A DNA stretch of 30,182 bases, from positions 1-30,182 of the forward strand of contig JANRJA010000250.1 in NCBI GenBank assembly GCA_033764315.1, in the 5' to 3' direction. How positions within the stretch are numbered: the stretch's first letter is position 1; every line of letters begins with the position of its first letter. Below the pieces are notes generated by a model that ran no database searches, was not told the DNA's origin, and saw only the letters and a list, made by a program, of their open reading frames with translations. Shown here piece by piece: positions 9,531 through 18,172 of the stretch. Made by a program: the position numbers and the translations under genes. This DNA comes from Oculatellaceae cyanobacterium bins.114 (GTDB taxonomy: Bacteria > Cyanobacteriota > Cyanobacteriia > Elainellales > Elainellaceae).

Positions 9531-10232
9531 TTACTCCTCTGGTGGAGTCCCCAATGCCTTGAGTTGAGCTTTCAGCCGTTCAATTTCTTCCTCTGCGGCT
9601 TCTGCTCGCAGGCGTTGTTGGTCTGCGATGAGGCGTTGTTGCTCTGCGATCGCGCGTTGTTGCTCTGCCCGTTCCGCTATTTGCTCATAGGTTTCAAAGG
9701 GTTGCCCATCAGGACGGTACAACACCAGTTGCCCCTCCAAACTCAACGTGAAGCGAACTCCTAACCGAGGACTGATCCAGCTGTCGATCTCCTCGATGGC
9801 TTCGAGCTGACCTTCCTGTCGTTGAAAGCCTCCTAAACTGAGCCGATCGGGGTCATAGATGTAATATTCTTCGACTCCATAGCGATCGTAAAACTGAAAC
9901 TTGCGGGTCATCTCTGGAATCGTGTTGCCCGGAGAGATAACTTCAAAAACGACTTGAGGGGCAACGTTCTCTTCTTTCCACTGCTGGTAACTGCCCCTAT
10001 CGCCCTTGGGTCGCCCAAAAATCACCATAACATCGGGGGCTTGCCGCAATTTATTGTTGCCCTCAATCGGATACCAGAGGAGATCTCCTGCAACAAAGAC
10101 ATTTGGGTCATTAAGAAACAACCAATCACAACCCTTCTTGATGTAGACAATCACCTCAAACTGTTTGGTATTGTCTGCCATCGGTTGACCGTCAGAGTCG
10201 GGATAGTGAACAGGGGTGGAAATCGTAACCAT
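9531..10232 (-). CDS. Uma2-family (PD-(D/E)XK fold) putative endonuclease
   Basis: YPDSDGQPMADN, APDVMV, PQVVFEVISPGN, FYDRYGVEEYYIYDP and a coiled-coil tail. Confidence 0.92.
   Translation of the reverse strand: MVTISTPVHYPDSDGQPMADNTKQFEVIVYIKKGCDWLFLNDPNVFVAGDLLWYPIEGNNKLRQAPDVMVIFGRPKGDRGSYQQWKEENVAPQVVFEVISPGNTIPEMTRKFQFYDRYGVEEYYIYDPDRLSLGGFQRQEGQLEAIEEIDSWISPRLGVRFTLSLEGQLVLYRPDGQPFETYEQIAERAEQQRAIAEQQRLIADQQRLRAEAAEEEIERLKAQLKALGTPPEE
9610..9672. repeat. Three 21-nt tandem repeats in the Uma2 coiled-coil tail
   Basis: AGGCGTTGTTGGTCTGCGATG / AGGCGTTGTTGCTCTGCGATC / GCGCGTTGTTGCTCTGCCCGT, encoding heptads such as AEQQRAI-AEQQRLI-ADQQRLR. Confidence 0.85.
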
Positions 10233-10296
10233 GCGATCGCCTCAAGAACGGTTCAGTTCACATACTACTGATTTTAACAACCCTGAGTGGGTTCGA

Positions 10297-11040
10297 TTAC
10301 TCTGGCAAGTTATCAGGGTCAACACCGAGCGATCGCACATACTCTGCTAACCGTTCTGCTCGCTGGCGTTCTGCCTCCGTTCGCTGGCGTTCGATCACAA
10401 GCTGACGTTGCGTATCATAAACCTGCTGATCAGGCATGGGGTACGCCTGCCCCTGAGCGTTGTGCCACAACAGCACTTCTTGTTCAATGCCGCCAATTAC
10501 CTGCCGACCACGACCTAGCCCCAGACCGACTTCTGGCATCCAGTACGGTTCACCAATTTGCAGATGGTAGGTTTCACCCGCTAGTTTATAAACCTCAAAC
10601 GGTTGATGGCGGTCACGCTGCCAAAACTCTGGGTTGTAGATCACATAGTAGAGAACACCGAGCCGAGCATAGATCTTCAATTTCTCGTCATACTCCTCGT
10701 TGGGACGGTGAGACACCATCTCTAACACCAGAGTCGGCGCGACATAATTTTCCTCCCAAGTAGCATAGCTCCGACGTGACTTGCCCCCCTTCTTGCGCTC
10801 AACCCCCAAACTCAAAAACCCGTCGGGCACGACAGGAACCTTGGGACTAACTCCAGTCGTGTGATAGACCGCCATATCGACCCCAAAGTACCAATCCATG
10901 CGGTCTGACCAAAGGAGAGCTAGAGAAAATAGCAATAGGTTAGGCAGTAAATTTTGGTCTTCGTTATCCACAGGAGTATCGTCAGAGCACGGTAGCTCTT
11001 CGGTGCTGGGTAAAGTGGTATCAAGGGGATGTGAAACCAT
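10297..11040 (-). CDS. Uma2-family putative endonuclease (different subtype from its neighbour)
   Basis: LPCSDDTPVDNEDQ, VPDGFLSLGV, PTLVLEMVS, YARLGVLYYVIYNP and a RAERLAEYVRSLGVDPD tail. Confidence 0.92.
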   Translation of the reverse strand: MVSHPLDTTLPSTEELPCSDDTPVDNEDQNLLPNLLLFSLALLWSDRMDWYFGVDMAVYHTTGVSPKVPVVPDGFLSLGVERKKGGKSRRSYATWEENYVAPTLVLEMVSHRPNEEYDEKLKIYARLGVLYYVIYNPEFWQRDRHQPFEVYKLAGETYHLQIGEPYWMPEVGLGLGRGRQVIGGIEQEVLLWHNAQGQAYPMPDQQVYDTQRQLVIERQRTEAERQRAERLAEYVRSLGVDPDNLPE

Positions 11041-11145
11041 AGGAATGAATTGAATTCCCGATAGTACTTATTCTAATGCAGCGTCTGCTTGTTCCTCGTT
11101 CATTAAGGAGTTGTAACCCCGTTAATGGCTCTCTGTTGCAGAAAA

Positions 11146-11198
11146 TTCGCCCGATCGGGTGAGGATTAAGTATAGCCCCCTCAAAACTCAACATCCTC
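11146..11198 (+). promoter_or_regulatory. Conserved leader of TIR-WD40 copy 2
   Basis: TTCGCCCGATCGGGTGAG (11146-11163), TATAGCCCCCTCA, ACATCCTC-ATG. Confidence 0.7.
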
Positions 11199-14100
11199 AT
11201 GAGTGATGTTTTTATTTCCTACTCTCGCAAAGACAAAGCCTTTGTTGAAGCGCTCCATGCTGCCCTTCAAGCGTGCGATCGCACCACCTGGGTCGATTGG
11301 AGCAACATTCCGTTAACTGCCGATTGGTGGCAGGAGATTAAAACAGGGATCGAAGCGGCGGATACATTTGTTTTTATACTCAGTGCTGACTCCGTTGCGT
11401 CCACGGTGTGTCGTCAGGAAGTTGAACATGCCGTTCTCCATCACAAGCGATTAATTCCCGTTGTGTGGCGCGATGATTTTGACAATGAGTTAGTACATCC
11501 GGCTCTGCGAAAGCACAACTGGCTGTTTATGCGAGAGGCAAATGATTTTAACACCACATTTGAGCAGTTATTGAAAGCGATCGACACAGATTTAGAACAT
11601 GTCAAACAACACACGCAACTGTTATTAAGAGCGATCGAGTGGAAGCACAAACACTACAGCCCTGATCTATTGCTACGGGGACGAGAGTTAGAGTTAGTGA
11701 TTCAATGGCTCACGCAAGATGCCGATAAAGAGCCGCGATCAACTCAACTGCAACGCGAGTATGTCAACGACAGCCGCAAAGCCGAAGTTGCCTACCGCGA
11801 AGCCGAGATTAAACGTCAGAAAAAAGTTCGTAAAACGATCACGGCTATGTTGGCGATCGCCATTTTCTGTTTCTTCATTGCTACTGGATTGGGATTATTA
11901 GCTGTGGGTCAATATCAAAGGGCTGAAGCCCAGCGTCAAGAGGCGACCCTGAGCGAAATTAAGGCGTTAAATACCTCCTCAACAGCACTGTTGGCATCCG
12001 ATCATCCCTTTGATGCTCTGCGAGAAGCAATGCGAGCCGCCAGTCGAGTTAAGTCCGTTCATTGGATTCCAGATCACACTCAAGCACAAACCCGGTTATC
12101 GTTGCAGCAAGCGATCGACGCTGTGCAAGAACTCAATCATTTGGAGGGTCACACTAACATTGTTTCTCAAATCCGCTATAGCCCCGATGGGCAAACTCTG
12201 GCCTCTGCCAGTTGGGACAACACGATAAAACTGTGGAACACGAACGGGCAACTGTTAAAAACATTGAGAGGTCATACTGATGTGGTCACAAGCATCGACT
12301 TTAGCCCAGACAATCAACAGTTAGTGTCGGCGGGTCGAGATAACATCATCACCCTGTGGGATCTGAATGGGCAGCAATTAAGAACCTTTAGTGGGCACTC
12401 ACCCTTTGCTTTTGATGTGAAGTTTAGCCCTGACGGTAAAGCGATCGCCTCGGCTGGGGCTGATGGCACTATTAAACTATGGGATTTGGCAGGACACGAG
12501 TTAAACACCTTCAGAGGTCATTCTGGCTTTGTCAATAGTGTCAGTTTTAGCCCCGATGGTAAAACAATCGCCTCAGGTGGATCGGACAAAATCATCCGAT
12601 TGTGGAGCGTGGATGGACAAGTATTACAGACCTTCACAGGTCACAGCGATAGGATAGCTCAAGTGACCTTTAGTGCTGATGGTCGCCATTTAGCGTCTAC
12701 TAGTATGGATGCGACCATTAGACTGTGGAGTGTGGATGGACGGGAACTGAAAACATTTAGCCAGCATGGGTCAGCCATTGCTATCAGCTTTAGCCCCGAT
12801 GGACAACAATTGGCGATCGCTCACGCAGAAGGTGTGATCACCCTTTATGACTTAGCAGGTCAACCCATCGCCACCTTTGAGAGCACAGGAGAGCAACTTC
12901 TTAGTGTTTGTTTTCATCCTGATGGCAAAACTCTTGCGGTTGGCAATAGCAATGGCACAATCCAGCTTTGGAATCTAAATCGCTTAGGACCCATAACCCT
13001 TGAAGGGCATTTAAAGACTATTGCGGCTGTGACTTTTAGCCCCGATGGTCAAACGCTTGTCTCTGCCAGCGAAGATAACACCATTCGCCGTTGGAGCCTG
13101 GATGGCAAATCTCTCAATGTTATTAACGGGCATCAAAAACAGCTCACCACGGTTGAGGTTAGCCCCAATGGTCAAATTCTGGCTTCAGCTAGCCTGGATG
13201 GCACGGTCAAACTGTGGAACCAAGATGGACAAGAACAAGCCTCGATGCAAGCCGATCCGCTGGGAGTTTTCAGTCTGAGTTTTAGTCCCGATAGTCAAAC
13301 CCTTGCCTCTGCTGGGCTTGATGGCATTTTGAAATTGTGGAATCTAGACGGTCAGATCTTGAAACAATTTCCAGGGCAAAATTATGGAATCACAACCATC
13401 AGCTTTAGCCCCAATGGTCAGGCAATCGCCACTGGTGGATATGATAACCTGGTTCGCTTGTGGAGCCTTCAGGGCCAAGAATTAAAAACACTGAAAGGAC
13501 ATACCAGTTACATCTACAGCGTTAGTTTTAGTCCTGATGGCAAAACGATCGCCTCTGCTAGCAACGATCGCACGATTAAACTGTGGAATTTAAACGGAGA
13601 AGAACTACAAACGCTGCGAGGACATACCAGCCTTGTGAGTAGCGTCCGCTTTCACCCTAATGGAACCGTTTTACTTTCCGCTAGTGATGACAAAACAATT
13701 AAGTTGTGGAGTCTTGATGGTCAAGAACTCAAAACCTTGCAAGGGCACACCGATGGAATCGCCAGTGCGGTCTTTAGCCCCGATGGTCAGACTATCGCCT
13801 CTGGTAGTGCAGATAAAACCATCAAACTGTGGGATGCCAAAGTTCTCAATTTTGGCGAATTAACCACTCAAGGATGTCGCTGGCTAAATGACTATTTAAT
13901 TAGCCATCCAGAAGATTTAGAAGACATTGCCATTTGTCAAACTTCAGCAAACCGCCCTCAAGCCGCTTTTACCTTTGTCACGCGAGGCGAAGATTTGGCA
14001 AGCCAGGGCAAGGTTCAGGAGGCGATCGCCCAGTTTCAATTGGCAAACCAGTGGGATCCGCAATTGCACCTTGATCCACAACAAACCGCTGACCAGTTTG

Positions 14101-14657
14101 CAACTCAAGCCCATGTAAGAAAACTGGTGGCTGACGGAGAGGCACTTGCCAGAGCCAATGATATTCAAGCGGCGATTGCCAAATTTCAAGAGGCACAACG
14201 GTTAGACTCCAGCCTCACCTTTGACGCCACCCAGAAAGCAACTCAACTCGCCACCACAATACAGATGGCTCAGGGAGTTTTGCTGGCACGCCAGGGCAAC
14301 ATCAAAGAGGCGATCGCCATCTACAAAGAGGTTCAACGCCTTGACGCTCATGCCATTTCTGTTCAAGCGTGGGATAGTCTTTGTTGGCGTGGCAGTCTCC
14401 ACGGATTCCCCCAAGAAGTCGGTTTTGCCTGCGAAAAAGCAGTTGCCCTCTCTCGCCAAGACCCATCGACTTTAGAGAGCCGGAGCGTAAATCGAGCGTT
14501 ACGACACAACTTTAAGGGAGCCATTCAAGATCTGGAAACCGCTTTACAACACACGACCGATGAGTCATTGAAAGCCAGATGGAATCGTTGGTTAAAGATG
14601 CTTCGTGCCAATCAAACCCCCATCACTCCCGAAGAAGTTGAGAATCTGCTGAATTAA
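11199..14657 (+). CDS. TIR - TM - 14x WD40 - TPR-like protein, copy 2
   Basis: DVFISYSRKD and CRQEV helix; KRQKKVRK then TM ITAMLAIAIFCFFIATGLGLLAV; 14 WD40 repeats; TPR-like tail. Confidence 0.92.
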   Translation: MSDVFISYSRKDKAFVEALHAALQACDRTTWVDWSNIPLTADWWQEIKTGIEAADTFVFILSADSVASTVCRQEVEHAVLHHKRLIPVVWRDDFDNELVHPALRKHNWLFMREANDFNTTFEQLLKAIDTDLEHVKQHTQLLLRAIEWKHKHYSPDLLLRGRELELVIQWLTQDADKEPRSTQLQREYVNDSRKAEVAYREAEIKRQKKVRKTITAMLAIAIFCFFIATGLGLLAVGQYQRAEAQRQEATLSEIKALNTSSTALLASDHPFDALREAMRAASRVKSVHWIPDHTQAQTRLSLQQAIDAVQELNHLEGHTNIVSQIRYSPDGQTLASASWDNTIKLWNTNGQLLKTLRGHTDVVTSIDFSPDNQQLVSAGRDNIITLWDLNGQQLRTFSGHSPFAFDVKFSPDGKAIASAGADGTIKLWDLAGHELNTFRGHSGFVNSVSFSPDGKTIASGGSDKIIRLWSVDGQVLQTFTGHSDRIAQVTFSADGRHLASTSMDATIRLWSVDGRELKTFSQHGSAIAISFSPDGQQLAIAHAEGVITLYDLAGQPIATFESTGEQLLSVCFHPDGKTLAVGNSNGTIQLWNLNRLGPITLEGHLKTIAAVTFSPDGQTLVSASEDNTIRRWSLDGKSLNVINGHQKQLTTVEVSPNGQILASASLDGTVKLWNQDGQEQASMQADPLGVFSLSFSPDSQTLASAGLDGILKLWNLDGQILKQFPGQNYGITTISFSPNGQAIATGGYDNLVRLWSLQGQELKTLKGHTSYIYSVSFSPDGKTIASASNDRTIKLWNLNGEELQTLRGHTSLVSSVRFHPNGTVLLSASDDKTIKLWSLDGQELKTLQGHTDGIASAVFSPDGQTIASGSADKTIKLWDAKVLNFGELTTQGCRWLNDYLISHPEDLEDIAICQTSANRPQAAFTFVTRGEDLASQGKVQEAIAQFQLANQWDPQLHLDPQQTADQFATQAHVRKLVADGEALARANDIQAAIAKFQEAQRLDSSLTFDATQKATQLATTIQMAQGVLLARQGNIKEAIAIYKEVQRLDAHAISVQAWDSLCWRGSLHGFPQEVGFACEKAVALSRQDPSTLESRSVNRALRHNFKGAIQDLETALQHTTDESLKARWNRWLKMLRANQTPITPEEVENLLN

Positions 14658-14681
14658 GTCTCTTCAATCTCCTACGGAAAA

Positions 14682-14734
14682 TTCACCCGATCGGGTGAAG
14701 AGTTGGATATAGCCCCCTCACAACCAACATCCTC
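14682..14734 (+). promoter_or_regulatory. Conserved leader of TIR-WD40 copy 3 (perfect 18-bp palindrome)
   Basis: TTCACCCGATCGGGTGAA (14682-14699) is its own reverse complement; then TATAGCCCCCTCA and ACATCCTC-ATG. Confidence 0.75.
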
Positions 14735-17700
14735 ATGAGTGATGTTTTTATTTCCTACTCCCGCAAAGATAAAGCCTTTGTCAAAGTTTTGCACCAAGCC
14801 CTGACCGCCAGCACTTACAACGCCTGGGTGGATTGGGAAGATATTCCCCTAACCGCAGATTGGTGGCAGGAGATCAAAAGTGGCATTGAGCAAGCCGATA
14901 CTTTTATATTTGTCATCAGTTCAGATTCAGTTCGTTCTAAAGTTTGTGGTCAAGAGCTAGACCATGCGATCGCCCACAATAAACGCCTCATCCCAATTGT
15001 GCGGCGCGATGGATTTGACTCCGAATTGATTCGTCCAACCTTAAGCAAGCACAACTGGTTGTTTTTTCGAGAAGAGGATGATTTTGAGCAAGCGTTTCAG
15101 TCACTCGTTAAAGCCCTCGACACCGATTTAGATCATGTCAAGCGTCACACTCGTTTGTTAGTTAAAGCGATCGAGTGGGAGCATCAACACCGCAATTCTG
15201 ATTTGTTAATGCGGGGCAGCGAGTTAGAACACACGATTCAGTGGCTAACTCAGAGCAGTAACAAAGAACCGCGATCGACCGAGTTACAACTGGAATACGT
15301 CAACGAAAGCCGCAAAGCTGAACTTGCTCAACGGGATGCGGAAATTAAGCGACAAAAGAAAGCTCGAAAGGCGATCGCTACGACTTTGGTCGGTGCCTTG
15401 GTCTGTTTGATGATTGCGATCGGATTAGGACTCTTTTCATTTAGCCAATATCAAACGGCTGAAGCCCAGCGGCAACAAGCAACCATCAGTGAGATTCGAG
15501 CAATCACAACTTCCTCCAATGCCTCGTATGACTCCAATCGAGGACTGGATGCGTTGACAGAAGCGTTAAAGGCAAGAAGCCGCTTAGACTCAGCACCTTG
15601 GGCGGATGAGGCAACTCGCCAGCAAGTGAGACTGTCGTCGCAGCAAGCCGTTTACGATATCAGGGAAAAGAATCGACTGGAAGGACACCTCGACGCAGTT
15701 CAAGGTCTCAGCTTTAGCCCTGATGGTAAAGCGATCGCCTCAGCCAGCTTTGATAAAACCATTAAACTGTGGAGTTTGGATGGATATGGAATCAAAACTC
15801 TGAGAGGACATAGGTCTCGGGTCTATAGCGTGAAATTTAGCCCTGACGGCAAGATGTTAGCGTCTGCTAGCGGAGATAGAACCATTAAACTTTGGAACTT
15901 AGAAGGACAGGAACTTCAAACATTTCAGAATATTAATTCAATCTTTGCGATTGACTTTAGCCCCGATGGAAAAACCCTTATTTCTAGTAGTTTTGATTCT
16001 ACTGGTGAGGGTGTAATCGGGTTGTGGAGCTTAGAGGGTCAGCTTAGGAGAACGATTAAAACCTCTGAAGCTTCAAGCGACACTGTGAGCTTTAGTCCTG
16101 ATGGCACAACGATTGCGATCGCCAGTGATAAAACAGTTAGACTCTTTAGCTTGAATGGTCAAGAACTCAAGACGCGAGAATTTAGCGGTTCCATTACCGA
16201 TCTAAGTTTCAGCCCAGACGGTGAAACCATCGTTTGCTCTACTGATGATGGCAACATCAGTGTTTGGAATATTGAGACTCAAGAATTCAAAACATTCAGA
16301 GCAATTCAAAGTGGAAGTTTTCATAGTGTGAGTTTTAGCCCCTATGGCAAAACCGTCGCGTCGTCTGACTCGAATGGAATGATTGCAGTTTGGACACCTG
16401 CTGGACAGATGCTCACAACGTTTCAGGGAGGATATGGCGGTCGGAGCAGTGTTGTTCGGTTTAGTCCTGATGGTCAAACAATCGCTTACGGTCATGCTGA
16501 TGGCAGTGTCACACTTTGGGGGTTACAAAATCAGGAACTCAGGACATTTCAGGGTCATGATGGCTTTGTTAGAGGGGTCAGTGTTAGTCCTGATGGCAAA
16601 ACGATCGCCTCTGCCAGTGCTGATCAAACCATCAAGCTCTGGACTGTAGATGGACAGGTTATCAAAACATTGCAGGGGCATACTGATGAAGTTACCACAG
16701 TCCGTTTCAACCCGGATGGCAAAATAATCGCCTCTGGTAGTGCAGACAAAACCGTTAAACTGTGGACTGTGCAGGGTCAACTCCTTGCAACATTAACGGG
16801 TCATACCGATTGGGTAAATGATGTTCAATTTAGTCCTGATGGCAAAACCCTTGCAAGTGCGAGTTGGGATGGAACCATTAAACTGTGGAATTTAAGCGGG
16901 CAAGCAATCAGGACATTCAAAAATAATGGACTGGGAGTATTAGGAATCAGTTTTAGTCCCGATGGTCAAACCATTGCGGCTGCAAATGCCAATTGGGATA
17001 AAACGGTCACACTTTGGAGTGTTAAGGGTGAATTGCTCAACACTCTTAAGGGACATAATGCTGCAATCACGGGTGTGAACTTTAGCCCAGATGGCAAGAT
17101 GATTGCCACAGCCAGTGACGATAGAGTCATTAAACTCTGGAGTTATCCAGAGGGTCGAGAATTAAGCTCGTTTAGAACACGTATTCAAGTCAGTATGGTA
17201 AGGTTTAGCCCTAATGGTCAATTTCTTGTAACCGCCAGTAAGGACAACACCATTAAATTTTGGACGTTAGACGGTCAAGAACTAAAAAGTTTAAGAGGGC
17301 ACACAGGGTTAGTCCGTGACATCAGCTTCAGTCTTGATGGCAAAACCCTTGCTTCTGCTAGCGAAGATAGAACGATTAAGCTCTGGAATGCTACGATCCT
17401 TGACGAGGAACAGCTCATGACACGAGGATGTCAGTGGACGCAGGAGTATTTGATCCTTCATCCTGAGATTTTGCAAACGACTGAAGCGTGTCAATCTGAT
17501 GTGCTCTTTACCCAGGCTGTACCCACCTTGATGGCTCAGGCAGAAGACCTGGCACGAGATGGGGATACTCAAAGTGCGATCGCCAAACTTCAAACGGCTT
17601 TAGATTGGAATCCTCAATTAGACATTAATCCCGAAGAAACCGTTCAACAATTTGCGGTCAGAGGTCAGGCCGAACAACTGATTGTCGAGGCTGACCGATT

Positions 17701-18082
17701 AGCATCACAAGGCAAGATTCGAGAGGCGATCGCATTCTACACAGAGGCTCAGGCACTTGATCCAGATTTGCAAATTTCTGCTGACTCATGGGATATCCTC
17801 TGTTGGTATGGTAGTCTGCGCAATTTTGCTCAAGAGGTCGTAGTGGCTTGCGATCGCGCCGTTGAGTTGTCGCCTAACGATTGGTCTTCTCCTGAAAGTC
17901 GTGCTGCGAATCGAGCTTTACGAGGTGACTTTAAGGGAGCGATCGCAGATCTGGAGAAGGCGATCGCGAATGGCATACCCGATGAGGAATCTAGAACGAG
18001 GTGGCAACGGTGGATGACAACATTACAAGCTGGCAAAAACCCATTAACTACCGATGAAATTGAGGCAATGCTGAGTGAATAA
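14735..18082 (+). CDS. TIR - TM - 14x WD40 - TPR-like protein, copy 3
   Basis: N-terminal ~217 aa nearly identical to copy 1; TM helix; 14 WD40 repeats; TPR-like tail one unit shorter than copies 1 and 2. Confidence 0.92.
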   Translation: MSDVFISYSRKDKAFVKVLHQALTASTYNAWVDWEDIPLTADWWQEIKSGIEQADTFIFVISSDSVRSKVCGQELDHAIAHNKRLIPIVRRDGFDSELIRPTLSKHNWLFFREEDDFEQAFQSLVKALDTDLDHVKRHTRLLVKAIEWEHQHRNSDLLMRGSELEHTIQWLTQSSNKEPRSTELQLEYVNESRKAELAQRDAEIKRQKKARKAIATTLVGALVCLMIAIGLGLFSFSQYQTAEAQRQQATISEIRAITTSSNASYDSNRGLDALTEALKARSRLDSAPWADEATRQQVRLSSQQAVYDIREKNRLEGHLDAVQGLSFSPDGKAIASASFDKTIKLWSLDGYGIKTLRGHRSRVYSVKFSPDGKMLASASGDRTIKLWNLEGQELQTFQNINSIFAIDFSPDGKTLISSSFDSTGEGVIGLWSLEGQLRRTIKTSEASSDTVSFSPDGTTIAIASDKTVRLFSLNGQELKTREFSGSITDLSFSPDGETIVCSTDDGNISVWNIETQEFKTFRAIQSGSFHSVSFSPYGKTVASSDSNGMIAVWTPAGQMLTTFQGGYGGRSSVVRFSPDGQTIAYGHADGSVTLWGLQNQELRTFQGHDGFVRGVSVSPDGKTIASASADQTIKLWTVDGQVIKTLQGHTDEVTTVRFNPDGKIIASGSADKTVKLWTVQGQLLATLTGHTDWVNDVQFSPDGKTLASASWDGTIKLWNLSGQAIRTFKNNGLGVLGISFSPDGQTIAAANANWDKTVTLWSVKGELLNTLKGHNAAITGVNFSPDGKMIATASDDRVIKLWSYPEGRELSSFRTRIQVSMVRFSPNGQFLVTASKDNTIKFWTLDGQELKSLRGHTGLVRDISFSLDGKTLASASEDRTIKLWNATILDEEQLMTRGCQWTQEYLILHPEILQTTEACQSDVLFTQAVPTLMAQAEDLARDGDTQSAIAKLQTALDWNPQLDINPEETVQQFAVRGQAEQLIVEADRLASQGKIREAIAFYTEAQALDPDLQISADSWDILCWYGSLRNFAQEVVVACDRAVELSPNDWSSPESRAANRALRGDFKGAIADLEKAIANGIPDEESRTRWQRWMTTLQAGKNPLTTDEIEAMLSE

Positions 18083-18172
18083 CTGGCATGCAACAGGGGT
18101 TTTATTTCCCTGACTGGGGTGGGCAAAATCGACCCTTGGGTATACTCAAGACAGTCACTTGCCGTGCAATTT

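Noticed and set aside
10287..10763. 158-aa plus-strand ORF, and other shadow ORFs inside accA, bciB, sbcC and the DAHP synthase gene
   Set aside because: They overlap well-supported genes almost entirely and show no family motifs.
6067..11040. Assigning the locus to a known defence system (Thoeris, Avs, CBASS)
   Set aside because: There is no ThsA-type effector, STAND NTPase or cyclase gene, so the architecture matches none of these.
7000..17390. Recurring TTTAGCCC(C/T)GATGG at about 120-nt spacing as a CRISPR-like or DGR repeat array
   Set aside because: These are the FSPDG codons of in-frame WD40 repeats. There are no cas genes, no reverse transcriptase and no adenine-specific template/variable repeat pair.
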